From the NCBI RefSeq assembly GCF_009914755.1, contig NC_060932.1: 64,000 bases of DNA, one strand, 5' to 3'. The translations under genes were made by a program, and so were the position numbers. This document shows positions 38,666 through 51,991 of this stretch, one piece after another; position 1 is the stretch's first letter; each line of letters begins with the position of its first letter. This stretch comes from the human T2T-CHM13v2.0 reference genome, Homo sapiens. The notes beneath the pieces were generated by a model. It saw only the letters and a program-made list of their open reading frames with translations. It made no database searches and was not told the origin of the DNA.

Positions 38666-40411
38666 ATACAAATATTTTTAATAAAGCACCCACTTTTCAA
38701 TAGGAGTTTAAAAATGGACTCAATAATACAAAATCCTGTAACTCAAAAATAAACTGTTTCTAGTTAAAACAAGAAAAAAATTAACACCGATTACTGAGAT
38801 TGCCAAATGGTAGTCAAAAAAAATAGTTTTGATATGTTGAGTAACAAAAACTTGAAATATAGAATTTTATCAAAATATATATCATAGAATCATAAAGACA
38901 GAGATTACTCTTGTCTCCAGATAATCTAAGGGAAATGAACAAGTTACTAATTGTCTTCTATTAAATCAAAAATATTTACTGCCAATTAAAATCCACGATA
39001 AATTTTATAAATACCAGAAGTCAAGTATTAAAAAAAAGCCATTCTGACTGTTCATCCAACCTAAAACAAAAATGCAAACATAAAATTACTTATTTTTTAA
39101 TCAAAATATTTGCTACAATGTTGGTCACCTTCACAGTCTTCCAGGCCTGGTCACTGTGTTAAAATGATAAGAAAGTAAAAAGACATTTAACATAGAATAC
39201 ATGTTTTCTTTTGGACAGTACCATTTTTCAAGGGCAGTTCGTAATCTATCTGGATCAGACATTTAACAGACAAAATCCTAGTTACCAAAGCTACTTTAAC
39301 CATATGTGTTTTATAGATTGAGACATAAATATGGATGGGCTTTCAGAGATAATCTGTTCTAAATTCATATTAAGAGAGACGGACAAATTGCCAGCTGGAA
39401 ATATTAAATGGCTTTCCTAGTGTCATACAGACATTTGTTAGTATAGCCAGGGTTAAATCTGCTACCTCTTAATTTATCCTAGAATGGCTTTCTCCATAAG
39501 CTATCATGCTGCAATTTAAACATATTATATATAGGGTAATATTAAGATTTGTTAGAGGAGAGTGACAAACACAGGCTCCCCTATACTTTACTGCTCTGCT
39601 AGAGTCCCTACAGAATGCATTAATTAAAGTTAAGAAGATATTAAGTCAGCATCTTTGACATTGAATTCATGTTGCCTATTGTGAATGACTAAATAAATAG
39701 ACATTTTCATAGATATTTTTGAATGCAAATGGTTAAATTCTACAACATGAGAACGAAGGCTGAGGACCTAATGCCAGAGATTGTAAACACTGATAAATAA
39801 GCTATGGCTCCTGCCTTTGTGAACACGATACTAACAGCAAGGGTTTGTGTTACATAAATATTACCTCTATTATACATTTATTATATTCTAGCCATGAGCT
39901 CCAATGCTTTGATGAAATGGCATTGAAAAAAATTGTGAGAGACTTCAGCATCCAATGTAATTAACACTGCTAAACAGAGTTAATGAAGGTGTGAGCATTA
40001 TTACATTCTTAATGAAAAATATCTGTAAGTGTAGTGAGTAAACTTATGGTATATGTTATTATCCAATGTCAGAATCTGGGGAAAATTTACCTAATTAAAG
40101 TAGCTACACTTGTTCCAGAGAATAGAATAGAGACATGCTTTTGAAAATAAGCGAAGCTGTTAGTAAGTCTTCCTTAATTTTTAACTCATGAAATAGAAAA
40201 TTAATTGGCATTGTGACAATTTTAAATTTTTTTGGTCAAGGCTATAAAAATTACTTTATACTAAAACTCACTATGTCTTCTGTGGGGTAAGAGTGCCTTA
40301 GAGAGCAATTTGCAAAGTGTTTAAAAAATGCATACCACCTTGGAGCATTAAAAATCATTATACTAAATGCAATCACATACTTCTTAATGTGTGTATCCAT
40401 TCAATTCTAAT

Positions 40412-41043
40412 TATATTAGTTCTCTATTCCTGCCATAACAAATTATCACACTCTGTGATGTTTGAAACAACGTAAAGTTATTATCTCACAATTTTGTAAG
40501 TTTCTATTCATGTCACTGAAGTTCTATTAGGCTGGGCTGATTTTTCTGCTCAGAGCCTCAAAAGGTTGAAACCAAGGTTTCAGTGAGCCCTGGGAAAGAA
40601 TCTGCTCATTATGGTAGTGGCAGAATTCAGCGTCATGGAGTGATAGAGCTAAAGTTCCTGTGTCCTTGCTGGCTGTAAGCTAGAGGTCGTTCTAAGTTTT
40701 CTCTAAAGGCCTCCTGTATATCCTGGCTCATGGACCCCTTAATCAGCCTTCAAAGCCAGCGGCAGCAGATCGAGTTGCTGTGTTTTCATCTCTGTGGTCT
40801 GCCCTTCTGCCGCCCCTCTCTGACTCCTCTTTCTGCCATTTCTGACTCGAACAGGATAACGTGCTCTGATTTTAAGGGCTGTTGTGGTCAGGTTGAATCT
40901 GCTGGAAAATATCCAGCATAATGTCTCCATTTTAAGATATATAACCTTAAAAACATTTGCAGTGTCTTTTGCCACATCACCAACATATTCATAGGTCCCA
41001 GGGTTTAGGACATCTTTACGATAGGGAGGATTCGGCATACCTC
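40412..41043 (-). mobile_element. MLT1E/F/G-like LTR
   Basis: TATTAGTTCTCTATTCCTGCCATAACAAATTATCAC start and typical antisense MLT1 body. Confidence 0.8.
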
Positions 41044-41986
41044 GTATGTGTTTAAAGGCAGTACATACTTTTTGGTAACTTTGCCAAAGACAGCCTACCC
41101 CCATCCACCAAGGAACTTCATTTCAAATCATTATTAAGTAGTTTATGTGAAAAACATAAAAGAAGCAGCCTGTGAAATATTTACTTATATGTGATACATG
41201 AGGGCACATGACTAGTTTTGTTTTATTTGTATCAGACTATACTCTATGCATGTCATTGTCTATCAGTCCTTATACACATTTTTTCGCCAGCACATATTTT
41301 ATCTTTCTGTTTATATTACACATGAATTATTTATAGAGTGATAATGCATTTACAAATGTAATGTGTTACCTGACACAGAATAGTTGCTCAATAATTATTG
41401 TTTCCCTTCCTTTGTTCATGCTCATTAACTTATTTGATGTTCCTTCTGTCCTTGTTCCTAAATAGTTACCAAAAACTTACAGAAGGCTTACTTCCTCATC
41501 TAAACTTTGCGGAAATATTCCACCTCACAATTGCTCTTCCCTGACATATTACATCATTTCACACTACAAGGTAATAAAAGAATATACTCTGCCTTGTATT
41601 AATTGATACATTTCTATGCGTGTTACTTTTGCTCTGTTAGCAATGATAGGAGAAGGCCTTTCAAAATGCAAAACTGTACTCTCACCAGTGTGGTTCTGAG
41701 CACATAGCAGCTGTTCAATAAAACTGTGGACTGAAGCCAATTACTACTTCTACGGGAATATATTTTCCAGTTAGGGAGACAGGTAAGAGGATAAAGAGAT
41801 GTTTTTATATTAGATGAGGAACATGTTATTATCTGTTTCACACTGAAGCCTAGGAAGTCAAGGAAAATAATAAAGTATCTACCAGTTTTCTTGTTTTTCA
41901 GTGGGCTTATTGTTAACTATATGGGGTTATTTTCAGTGGGGTTATTATTAACTGTGTTAATAATAAAACTTTGATCACAGACAACA

Positions 41987-42327
41987 CAGGTTCATAATAC
42001 CTTATCTGAAATTCCAAAGCCACATGAGTTCTTAAAATCAAGTGTTTCCAAAGCTCATATGCCAATAATACCTAACTTGAAAAAATTAAGCCAAATAAGA
42101 AAATAATGCGAGTTTTTAAAGTAGTTTCCCTTTATGCCATTTAGTATGATTATTAATACATTTTTGGCAGAGATTTTAACGTGGTTGTTGCAGATGCTGC
42201 CTCAAAAACCTGTTAGGACATATTGTATTTGCAATGCAATACTTTTCTGAGAAAAAAGAAAAAGAAAAGTGTGAATTCTGAAACAAATTTAAGTCAAAAG
42301 TTTTGGTTGGAAATGGCAAAATCTTAC
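41987..42327. mobile_element. Tigger-class non-autonomous element (MamRep434-like)
   Basis: CAGGTTCATAATACCTTATCTGAAATTCC start and GAATTCTGAAACA..., both recalled terminal motifs. Confidence 0.55.
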
Positions 42328-43629
42328 CTCTGTAAAGCAATAAGGTCACTCTAGCACAAAATAATGAAGAAATACCTTCTTGTAGGTGAATTATAAATAT
42401 AAAAATATGTTTTAAGACTCGACAATTAGATTCTTAGTGTAGTATTTATATATTGTCTAGGTAGTTTCTTATGGAAAGGTCTATTAGAGGAAGTGGGAGA
42501 CTTTCTCAATGATAACAGATTTTTACAGGTCAAATTTTTCAAACAGGTATTGAATCCACTATATTTCCTTGAGAACTTATGCCTCTGATCATACTAATGA
42601 AGCTTAGTTGTGTATTTATTGTTGGCACACGTCTAAAATTTAAAAATAAATATGATAATTAAGATGCTGTATAAACTGTAATCACTAAATTTTCTGTTTA
42701 CATCACTCAATTAATTATCAACTGTATAAATGTATAAATACTCACATTAAGTACTCTTCATTCTGTGGCAGAATTTCCTATGTAATTATAAGACTAATAA
42801 TGATGAATTTGTTGAAAAACCATAATTGAATAGTACAACTAGAAAACATCTGGCTCTAGAAGCTTGTGCAAAATATAGTTTTACTGTGAACAAATAAATG
42901 GTATTAGCTTTTATCTTTTATTTCACAACACAGCCTTAATTTTTTAAAACTATATTTTGAAATTTTGAAAGCGTTTTCTTATCTTCTGTGGGGCAGTGGT
43001 CCATTCAACACTGGAGAATGTAAAAACTATAGCAAATGTACTCCCAGCTGTATAATATAATTCATCTTTGTAGAATGAATTCCTCATTGGAAGAACCAAT
43101 AGTACATCTCTACTACAGAAATCTCCAGTGGAGGCAAAGGGGTATGCAAATTACTTTATTCAAAATTTCTATCTAAATATGTTTACGCTTTATGTCAGAA
43201 TTCCTAGCATTGGGTAAAGAAATCGAAGTTAGCAAGTGAGAAAAGTGAGGACTAGATCAATTGTGTTATTATCTGTCCAAAATGAACGTAATCTCTACTT
43301 TAGTGATGCTAGAAGACAGGAAAGAACAATGTACTGAAAAATGCCAAAGCATGAACATAAAATACCTTATTCACATTTATGGAATTTAGAAGTAAAATTA
43401 TGTTTATTTTATTTTGCATAAAAGGATTTTATGATTACAAACGGGGAGTTTCCTTTTGGAATTCATAGGGGAAAAATCCATTCTGTTTGAGGAACAATGA
43501 GAACTAAAACTTCTTGCTGGCTTGCTTCGCACACCCCACCAACCCCATCAAATTAGTAATTAATCAAAATGTATTGGTTTGGACCAAATTAAAAATATCT
43601 CAAAGTAATAAACATTTTGGCAGTTTAAT

Positions 43630-43800
43630 TTTATTATTATTTAATTTAGCTTTTTTATTTTGATCATTTATTTTTTTAGAGACAGAATCTTGCTCTGTTA
43701 CCCAGGCAGGAGTGCAGTGGAACTGTCATAGCTCACTGTAACCTTGAAGTCCTGGGCTCAAGCTACCCTACCTGCCTCAGCCTCCAGGAGCAGGAACTAT
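43630..43800 (-). mobile_element. AluJ right arm/FRAM
   Basis: GAGACAGAATCTTGCTCTG...ATAGCTCACTG...CCTGGGCTCAAG. Confidence 0.88.
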
Positions 43801-44484
43801 TATGTCTTTTACTTTATACATGAATAAACTGAGGGAAATGCAGAAGTATTGGAGTTGAACTGTTTGGCCACAGGAGGTGTAATCTTAACCACTAAGCTAT
43901 ACAGGCTATTCTCTGCCCAGAATCATGCCTGTGGATTCTGCCTGCACGTCAGAACATGCAAAGGGAGACACAGTTCTGATATGTTATTAGAGAACTATGT
44001 AAAGTGAAGACTGCCTCTATTGCTGAGGGAAAACAAAGATGCACAATTTCAGTGTGATTTTATGTGGTTAGTAATCTGTAACATTTATTATCTTGTTGTA
44101 TATTATCCGGGGAAGTATTTGATTGTAATAAATGTCTTGCAACTTCCATGTCTAGCAAGAATATATTGGCTCATTTTCATTACCCATCAAAATGGATTAG
44201 ATGTCTTTAAAGTTATCTAAAGCTTAGTAATTTATAATTAAAGTTTTCCTTATATAATTTTCAATGTATTTGTGTAATAGCATTTGCATAGATTATACTC
44301 AGTTGGACAATATTATCTATAGTTAAAAAGATGGAGATTTTTGAAGAGTTAGTTGTAAGAGAAAAATAATTGTATGTTAGACCAGTTTATTCTCGTCAGA
44401 TATTAAAATTAGCCATGTAGGGCAGGTAGAGGTCAGATGTATTTTCTTTTGATTAAATAAAATGCTGAAACAAGGGTATTAATA

Positions 44485-44660
44485 AACAGACAAACTAGCA
44501 TGCTTTAAGCAACTCAGGCAAAATCCTTACGACTGAAGGCATTGGGGTTTAGAAAGATCAAAGAGTTCTTTCATGGTATATTATTAGTAGGTAGCAGTGC
44601 TGAGATTTGAATCCAAATCTGTCCCTACAGTTCCAGCGGATCAAACTGCTTTATCCAAGC
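44485..44660 (-). mobile_element. MIR
   Basis: GCTGAGATTTGAATCCAAATCTGT antisense core. Confidence 0.6.
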
Positions 44661-45439
44661 CACAGGCATTGGCTTGTTTGTGGATTATACTTTTCTAAAT
44701 TTACTTTGCTGAGGTTACATAAATCTGTTGGATTTATCTGTAGTATATGTTGGCTATTTAATGTGGAGGGCATATTCTAGAGCTAATTGGGCAGAAGTTA
44801 ACAAGATGCTGCTTGCTTTACTTTGCAAATACTGGGAGGAAGAACAAGTTGTTTCCATTTCAGCTATAAAATCTCTTCACTCTTCGACCGTATTTCCAAG
44901 AGCTTCAATCTCTTTCATCACATATTAAGTCCAGCCACACAATGCAAAATGCAAATTAGAAAGACATTGATTATACACCGAAATAAACTTTGAGATCATA
45001 TTACACACTTTTTAACACTTATTTCCTGGTATCTGTGCAATTTCACAAACATTTCTTGAGCTCACCAACAATATGTGAGATTCTAAGCTAGGAATTGATA
45101 ATATAACAAGAAAGAAAGCAGACAAGGTAACTGTCCCCATGAAGCTCACCTTTACACAGAGGTAAATCAATTAATAAATAAGTAAACAAGTCTATGTAGA
45201 ATACATCAAAGTGAGAGAGTGTTGTGTAGAAGAACAAATCAAGGTTAGGGAAAACAAAAGTGTTGGAGGAGGGAGGCTCATTCTGATATTTATTTAGAGT
45301 TTTCAAGAAAGGCCCCTATAATCAAGTAACATTTGAGCAAACATGTGAGTAAGAAGAACATTTCCAGAAAAAAATGAGCTGAAATTATAAAGGTTTGGAA
45401 GCAGTAAAAAGCATGGTTTGATCAAGAAACAGGAAGGGG

Positions 45440-45891
45440 TTGCTCTTCCTATGTTAATTTTCTTAGGATTATGGCCTCTGACTACATCCATGATGCTGCA
45501 AAGGACATGATTTCATTCTGTTTTATGGCTGTGTAGTATTCCACGGTGTATACGTACTACATTTTCTTTATCCAATCTACCACTGATAGGCACCTGGGTT
45601 GATTCTAAGTCTTTGCTATTGTGAATAGTGCTGTGATGTACATATGAGTGCATGTATCTTTTTGGTGGAATAATTTATTTTCCTTTGGGCATATACCCAC
45701 TAATGGGATTGCTGGTTTGAATGGCAGCTTGCTTTTTTCTTTGAGAAATCTCCAGACTGCTTTCCACAGTGGCTTAATTAATTTGGGTGATGAGATTCAT
45801 ACCCAAACCTCAGCATCACGCAATATGCCTGTGTAACAAATCTTCACATGACCCCCTCTATCTAAAATAAAAGTTGAAATTAAAATAAGAA
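45440..45891 (+). mobile_element. L1PA15/16 (or L1PB)-like element with 5' inversion (45440-45784 minus; 45785-45891 plus)
   Basis: Orientation switch at TAATTT|GGGTGATGAG; A-rich tail; 16-bp TSD AAGAAACAG(G/C)AAGGGG at 45424-45439 and 45892-45907. Confidence 0.92.
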
Positions 45892-45944
45892 AAGAAACAG
45901 CAAGGGGGCAGTGTGGCCTGGGCACAAGGAGCAGAGAGAGCTCC

Positions 45945-46012
45945 AGATAGAACTCCATCAGAGCTGAGCCTCATCTGGTCTGGTCCTGGCTCAGCTCTGA
46001 TGGATTTTGTCT
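45945..46012. repeat. Inverted repeat/hairpin: perfect 17-bp arms, 17-nt loop
   Basis: TCCATCAGAGCTGAGCC (45954-45970) and GGCTCAGCTCTGATGGA (45988-46004). Confidence 0.93.
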
Positions 46013-47094
46013 TCCCTCCTACTATCAGAGATGTGGAATAGTCTGACTCGGTAAGAGGATCTTTAGGGGTATGGTGTGGAATAGACTGGAACAGAGCAGG
46101 AAGAAGACATAGGGAGACTAGGTAGGTGGTTACTGCAGTTGCCTGGGTAAGAGATATTTTTGGCTTGACTCAGGGTGGTGGCAGTGGAGGGAGAGGAGAT
46201 CAGTGATTCATTTGGGGATATTTTAAATTTGTGATGCTGCTAATTGTTTAAGAGAAAAGAGGTTGCGTAGTTCAGTCGGGCTTCAGAGGAGATAGTTAAA
46301 AATATAAGACAGGAGATTGAATGAAGTTAGCTACAGAGACAGAGAAGGAGAATATACAGAGGTAACAATGATAAAGAGAGCAAGGACTTTATGAGTCAGA
46401 GAGAATAGGCAGATTCAGGACCAGAAATAGAAGGTATGGCTGGGGTATGGGAGGAGAAGCAGAGGGAGCAGGGCCTGGGAGCTCAAGTGGAGGAAGCGTT
46501 TTTAGGAGGGAGGAGACATAGATTTAAATGCTACTATTAAGAGGTCAAATAGAAACTGAAAACTGATGGCCAGTTTTATCAAAACACAGGCTATCGCAGC
46601 TGGAAAAGAACTGTTGTAATGTTGTAATGAGGTATTTGGAATGAAAGTGTGATTGCAGTGAGTTCAAGACTGAAGGAGAGAAAAGGGCTGGATAACTTCA
46701 TGAAGTTTTGGTGAAAATGGAAGCAGAGAAATAGGGCATAACTGGAGGAGGTTGTGGATTCAATATAGTTGTTACTTAAAGGTGTTTTCTTTGTTGCTTT
46801 TTTTAAACATGGAATAAATATGAATAGTATGCTTGAACGTTAAAGAGAAAAACAAATGGATAATTCAGGAGGCAGAGAGGAGAATTGCCGGTGTAGTGCC
46901 CTCCAGAACCTGAAATGAGAATCTGTGGGCCACAGAGGGGCACGTTTGAGCAGCTGCTTCGACATCTGGGTCATGGTCATGGTGACGAAAGATAGGTAGG
47001 GCTAAAGGCGACAGGTCAATGGAATGTTACTGAGTGCATGCGAATGCTACTTTTCATGATTTCTACGTTCTCAGTGAAATAGAAAGACCATTGA

Positions 47095-47407
47095 GCCGGG
47101 CGGAGCGGCTCACGCCTGTAATCCCAGCACTTTGGGGGCTGAGGTGGGTGGATCACCTGAGGTCAGGAGTTCAAGACCAGCTTGGTCAACGTGGTGAAAC
47201 CCCATCTCTACTAAAAATACAAAAAAAGTTAGCTGGGTGTGGTGGTGCCTGTCTGTAATCCCAGCTACTTGGGAGACTGAGACAGGAGAATCGCTGGAAA
47301 CCCGGAGGCAGAAGTTGCAGTGAACCGAAATCACACCATTGCACTTGCAACAGAGTGAGACTCTGTCTCAAAAATTAAAAAATAAAATAAAATAAAAATA
47401 AATAAAT
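47095..47407 (+). mobile_element. Alu (AluS)
   Basis: Dimeric Alu with a small right-arm deletion and (AAAAT)n tail. Confidence 0.96.
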
Positions 47408-48431
47408 CACTGAGAATGTAGGTGAAAGTTTTTTAAAGATTTGAGGAGAGAAGTGAGAGTAAGAACTAATAACTTAAAAGAATAAAGGAGAAATAGACTG
47501 AAAAATGAAGAGGGATCATACCTTCGAGGATTACCAAAGCTAGAATTTTCGTTTGTTTGTTTGGCCTGGCGGTGGGGTGAGGAGAGGGAGAAATGCTTTT
47601 AGTCAAGTTTGTTTTATTCACATACCATTCTCTTAATAAAGTTTTTATTCTTTATTTTAGAAGTTCAAGGAAAATAAGCACACTGTGCTGTTAATTAAAA
47701 TAAATATTTTTCTGTAACGTCCTAAAAGAATCATGAGCATCCTACACTTATTTAAACCTTTTACTTTTTATTTCTAAAATGGTGTTGATGCTAAAAATAT
47801 TTGAATGAATGAAATTCTGCTGAATTTTGAATCAGTAGGCCCTGATCCACAAACCAGTTCTTTCCTGTGTGATTCTTTCTTCTGCAGAACCTTTTAACTG
47901 TGAAGGATTCCTTCAACTTACTTTGCATGAAATTATGAAGACAGTGCTTGGGGAAAGCTAACTATCTTTCCCTTTCCTTTAATAGAAACAGAAAAAAATA
48001 GTGTTAGAAGATGGTACTAATATCTCCCAAGTGGTATATATGCCATTTAACTATCACAAAATAATTGAATGAATGACAGTTATAATCATTAGAATCATAA
48101 AATTTTGGAACTAGAAAGCGTCTTCCAGATCATCTAATATATTTAATTCATAAAAGATAAAACAAAGATCTAGAGATGTGAGAAGTTTGCTGATAATCTC
48201 AAACCTTCTGATGAACTTAAACAAACATTGCTTTACAATTAGCTTGATGCCCTTTTCACTGATCACTGTCCATCTTTTTTGTCTTTAATCCATTTCTTTG
48301 TGTTAAATTATTTAGCAAATTGTTATTCAGTAATATAATTGCTCACATTATTCAGTTATGAAATTGTTTGTATATTAATTAAGAAACCAATACACGTCCA
48401 GTGGAATGCTTTGCTCTGTGGATGCTATCAC

Positions 48432-48857
48432 ACGTAATGGGTTGAATAGTGTATCATATCTTCCCAGAATCTCAAAATATGACTTTATGCAGAAATATGA
48501 TCTTCACAAATGTAATTAAGGTAAGGATCAAGATAAGATCTTACTGGATGAGGGTGAGCCCTGAATCCATAGGGAGTCACAGGAGACACAAAAAAACAGG
48601 ATACACAAGTACACAGATAAAGCAATGGGCAGATGGAGGCAGAGATTGGAGGATGCATCTGAATATCAAGGAATGACAATGATTACCAGAAACCACCAGA
48701 AATTAGGCGTGAGGTTTGGAATATTTTCTCCTTCAGACTTACTGGAAGGAACCAACCTTGTGACAGCTTAATTTCGGAGCCTCCTGAACTATGAGACAAT
48801 ACATTTCTGTTGTTTTAAGCCACCAGTTTGTGGTGATAGTCCTAGAAAACTAATATA
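48432..48857 (+). mobile_element. MLT1C/D-like LTR
   Basis: TAATGGGTTGAATAGTGT...TACTGGATGAGGGTGAGCCCT...CTAGAAAACTAATA. Confidence 0.85.
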
Positions 48858-49302
48858 CCATAGAAGAAAATATCAAAGCCTATGACCTGGAAAAGCAGTA
48901 AAATAGAGGAAAAAGAAAAAGGAAAACCAGTTCGTTAGCCTATGGCCATTAGTAAGCATTACTATGATGCCTCCCCACTCAATTGATAAACATGTCCCTT
49001 GTTCATTGGAGTTGAACTAGAAAAATGAGGTTTTTTAATTTTTATAATGTATAACAGCACCACAGTCTACATTACAAAGGCTGTGTGATGCCATATTACT
49101 GGACAGCCCTCCAGAATTTGTCATATATTTTTCCATGCCAATACTGAAAAATATTTGTTTTATCAGTACCGCCTGAGAACTGTGACACATAATATGGATA
49201 AAAGAGCAATTATTTAAAAACTAGCCACTCCGTACCCGTTTCTGTGCTAAGGAGCTTTACATATGTGAGCTCATTTAATTACAAAGCATCTGCATTGGCA
49301 TC

Positions 49303-50286
49303 TGTGTTAGTTTGTCATTGGTATAAAAAGTGACCACAGAAGTAATGGCTTAAAAGAACACACATTTATTATCTCACAGTTTTGTTGGGTCACAAGTCTG
49401 TGAATGGCTTAATAGGGGCCTCTTCTCAGGGTCTCAAAGATGCAGTGCAGGTATCAGCTGCCCTATGAACATCTGAGGCTCAGGGTCCTCTTGCAAGCTC
49501 ATTCTACTTGTTAGCAGAGTTCAGGTTTTTTTTTTTTTTTTCATGTTCTTGTTGAACTGAGATTCCTGTTATTTATTTATTTATTTTTATTTTTTATTTT
49601 TTTGGCTATGGGCTGTGGGTGCTGTCAGCAACTAAAGTGTCCTGGTCATGTGGTCCCTCCATAGGTAGTTCACAACATGGATACCTCCTTTTTCCCAGGC
49701 CAGCAGGAGATTGCCTGCATCTCTCTGACTCTCTCTAACTCTGGCCCAGATTTAAAGGCCTCATTAGATTAGGTCAGGTCTATTTAAAAGCAAACTAGTA
49801 AGGGACTTTTTATTTTAAAGGACAGGGTCTTGCTCTGTCATCCAGGCTGGAGTGCAGTAGCATGATCACAGCTCAATGCAGCCTTGAACTTCTGGGCCGA
49901 AGTAGTCCTTCCACGTCAGCTTCATGAGCAGCTGGGACTACAGATATGTGCCACTATGCCCAGCTAAGTGTTTTTTTTTTTTAATTTAAATTTTTTTTTG
50001 TAGAGACAAGGTCTCATTCTATTGCCTAGGCTGGTCTCAAACTCTTGGGATCAAGCAGTCCTCATTACTCAGCCTCCCAATGTACTGGTATTATAGGCAT
50101 GAGCCACCCTGTCCAGTCTAATTAGGGATCTTAATCACATCATTCCCATATAGCATAAGCAAATCATGTGAATAAAATCCCAGAACATCTGCAAGTTCTT
50201 CTCACACTCAAAGGGAGAAGGTTATGCAAGAAGTGTCCACCAAGAGATGGGAATCTTGGAACCAATTTAGAATTCTGTCTACTACA
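49303..50286 (-). mobile_element. MLT1E/F/G-like LTR interrupted by AluJ
   Basis: TG...CA termini, TSD GCATC/GCATT, ends TTTAGAATTCTGTCTACTACA. Confidence 0.85.
49807..50118 (-). mobile_element. AluJ (Jo-like)
   Basis: Diverged antisense dimer with J diagnostics (GATCACAGCTCA, GGTCTCATTCTATTGCCTAGG). Confidence 0.93.
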
Positions 50287-50529
50287 GCATTCCTAACAAA
50301 TAATGTTTACTGATTCCTAGTTTGTACTTTCATACATAATTCTCAGGTGTAGAATATTAGTCCTGGCAGGGATTTTGGAGATTGTTAGCTTGCTGTTCTG
50401 GCTCCTTGCTTGCATTTCCTTGTTTCTTTAGCATTTCTTTTTATTTAATATGTTTTTAGAATAATACACGTAAAACACGGCCCCAGTGATTTCACGTTTG
50501 TGTTCTCATTTATTAGAAATGGCTTGGCT

Positions 50530-51506
50530 GTAGAAACTACTATCAGTGTGAACAGGCAACCTACAGAATGGGAGAAAATTTTTACAATCTGCCCATCTGA
50601 CAAAGGGCTAATATCCAGAATCTACAAATAACTTAAACAAATTTACAAGAAAAAAATCAAAGAACCCCATCAAAAAGTGGGCAAAGGATATGAACAGACT
50701 CTTCTCAATAGAAGACATTTATGCAGCCAACAGACACATGAAAAAATGCTCATCATCACTGGCCATCAGAGAAATGCAAATCAAAACCACAATGAGATAC
50801 CATCTTACACCAGTGAGAATGGCAATTATTAAAAAGTCAGGAAACAACAGGTGCTGGAGAGGATATGCAGAAATAGGAACACTTTTACACTGTTGGTGGG
50901 ACTGCAAACTAGTTCAACCATTGTGGAAGACAGTGTGGCGATTCCTCAAGGATCTGGAACTAGAAATACCATTTGACCCAGCCATCCCATTACTGGGTAT
51001 ATACACAAAGGATTATAAATCATGCTGCTATAAAGACACATGCACATGTATATTTATTGCGGCACTATTCACAACAGCAAAGACTTGGAACCAACCCAAA
51101 TGTCCAACAATGATAGACTGGATTAAGAAAATGTGGCACATATACACCATGGAATACTATGCAGCCATAAAAAAGGAAGAGTTCATGTCCTTTGTAGGGA
51201 CATCATTGAAGCTGGCAACCATCATTCTGAACAAACTATCACAAGGACAGAATACCAAACACCACATGTTCTCACTCATAGGTGGGAATTGAACAATGAG
51301 AACACTTGGACACAGGATGGGGAACATCACACACCGGGTCCTGTCATGGGGTTGCGGGAGTTGGGAGGGATAGCATTAGCAGATATACCTAATGTAAATG
51401 ATGAGTTAATGGGTGCAGCACACCAACATGGCACATGTATACATATGTAGCAAACCTGCACGTTGTGCACATGTACCCTAGAACTTAATGTATAAAAAAA
51501 AAAGAG
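50530..51506 (+). mobile_element. L1PA4/5-like 3' fragment; ORF2 Cys-rich C-terminus still open (50690-51292)
   Basis: 200-aa ORF with [22 protein letters not shown] ending MFSLIGGN*; perfect 15-bp TSD AGAAATGGCTTGGCT at 50515-50529 and 51507-51521. Confidence 0.97.
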
Positions 51507-51711
51507 AGAAATGGCTTGGCTTTCCTTAGGTTTCACTTCAGAACAGCAATACCTAGAGTAAAACATGAGTTATATATTTTATGAATGGTATTAAATAGAG
51601 TAAGGTAATATGTTTTAGAGTTCTGATAACATATGTACTTGTTTGATTGCATTTTAGAAAATTAGTAGAAGAAAACAATTCTTCATTTCTAGGACTAAAA
51701 AATATTTATCT

Positions 51712-51991
51712 GAGATAATTGAATGATGGGGGTGATTTCCCCCATACTTTTCTCATAGTAGGGAATAAGTCTCACCAGACATGATGGTTTTATAAATAAG
51801 AGTTGTTCTTCATAAGCTTTTTTGCCTGCCACCGTGTAATAACACACGATTTTGCTCCTCATTCGCCTTCTGCCATGATTGTGAGGCCTCCCCAGTCATG
51901 CAAAACTGTGAGTCCATGAAACCTCTTTTTCTTTATAAATTAACAAGTCTAGGGTATGTCTTTATTAACAGCATGAGAACAGACTAATACA
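51712..51991 (+). mobile_element. THE1 LTR, 5'-truncated
   Basis: GAGATAATTGAAT...TTCCCCCATAC...CAGACTAATACA. Confidence 0.9.

Larger units (their letters stand above)
45020..46740 (-). mobile_element. L2 antisense remnant, interrupted by an inverted L1
   Basis: L2 hallmarks (CCCCATGAAGCTCAC; GGGAGACTAGGTAGGTGGTTACTGCAGT; GATTGCAGTGAGTTCAAGA). Confidence 0.75.

Noticed and set aside
50690-51292. Longest ORF (200 aa) as a functional gene
   Set aside because: It is the C-terminus of L1 ORF2p in a 5'-truncated, TSD-flanked young copy. An open frame of this length is expected from low age, and there is no promoter, endonuclease or RT domain.
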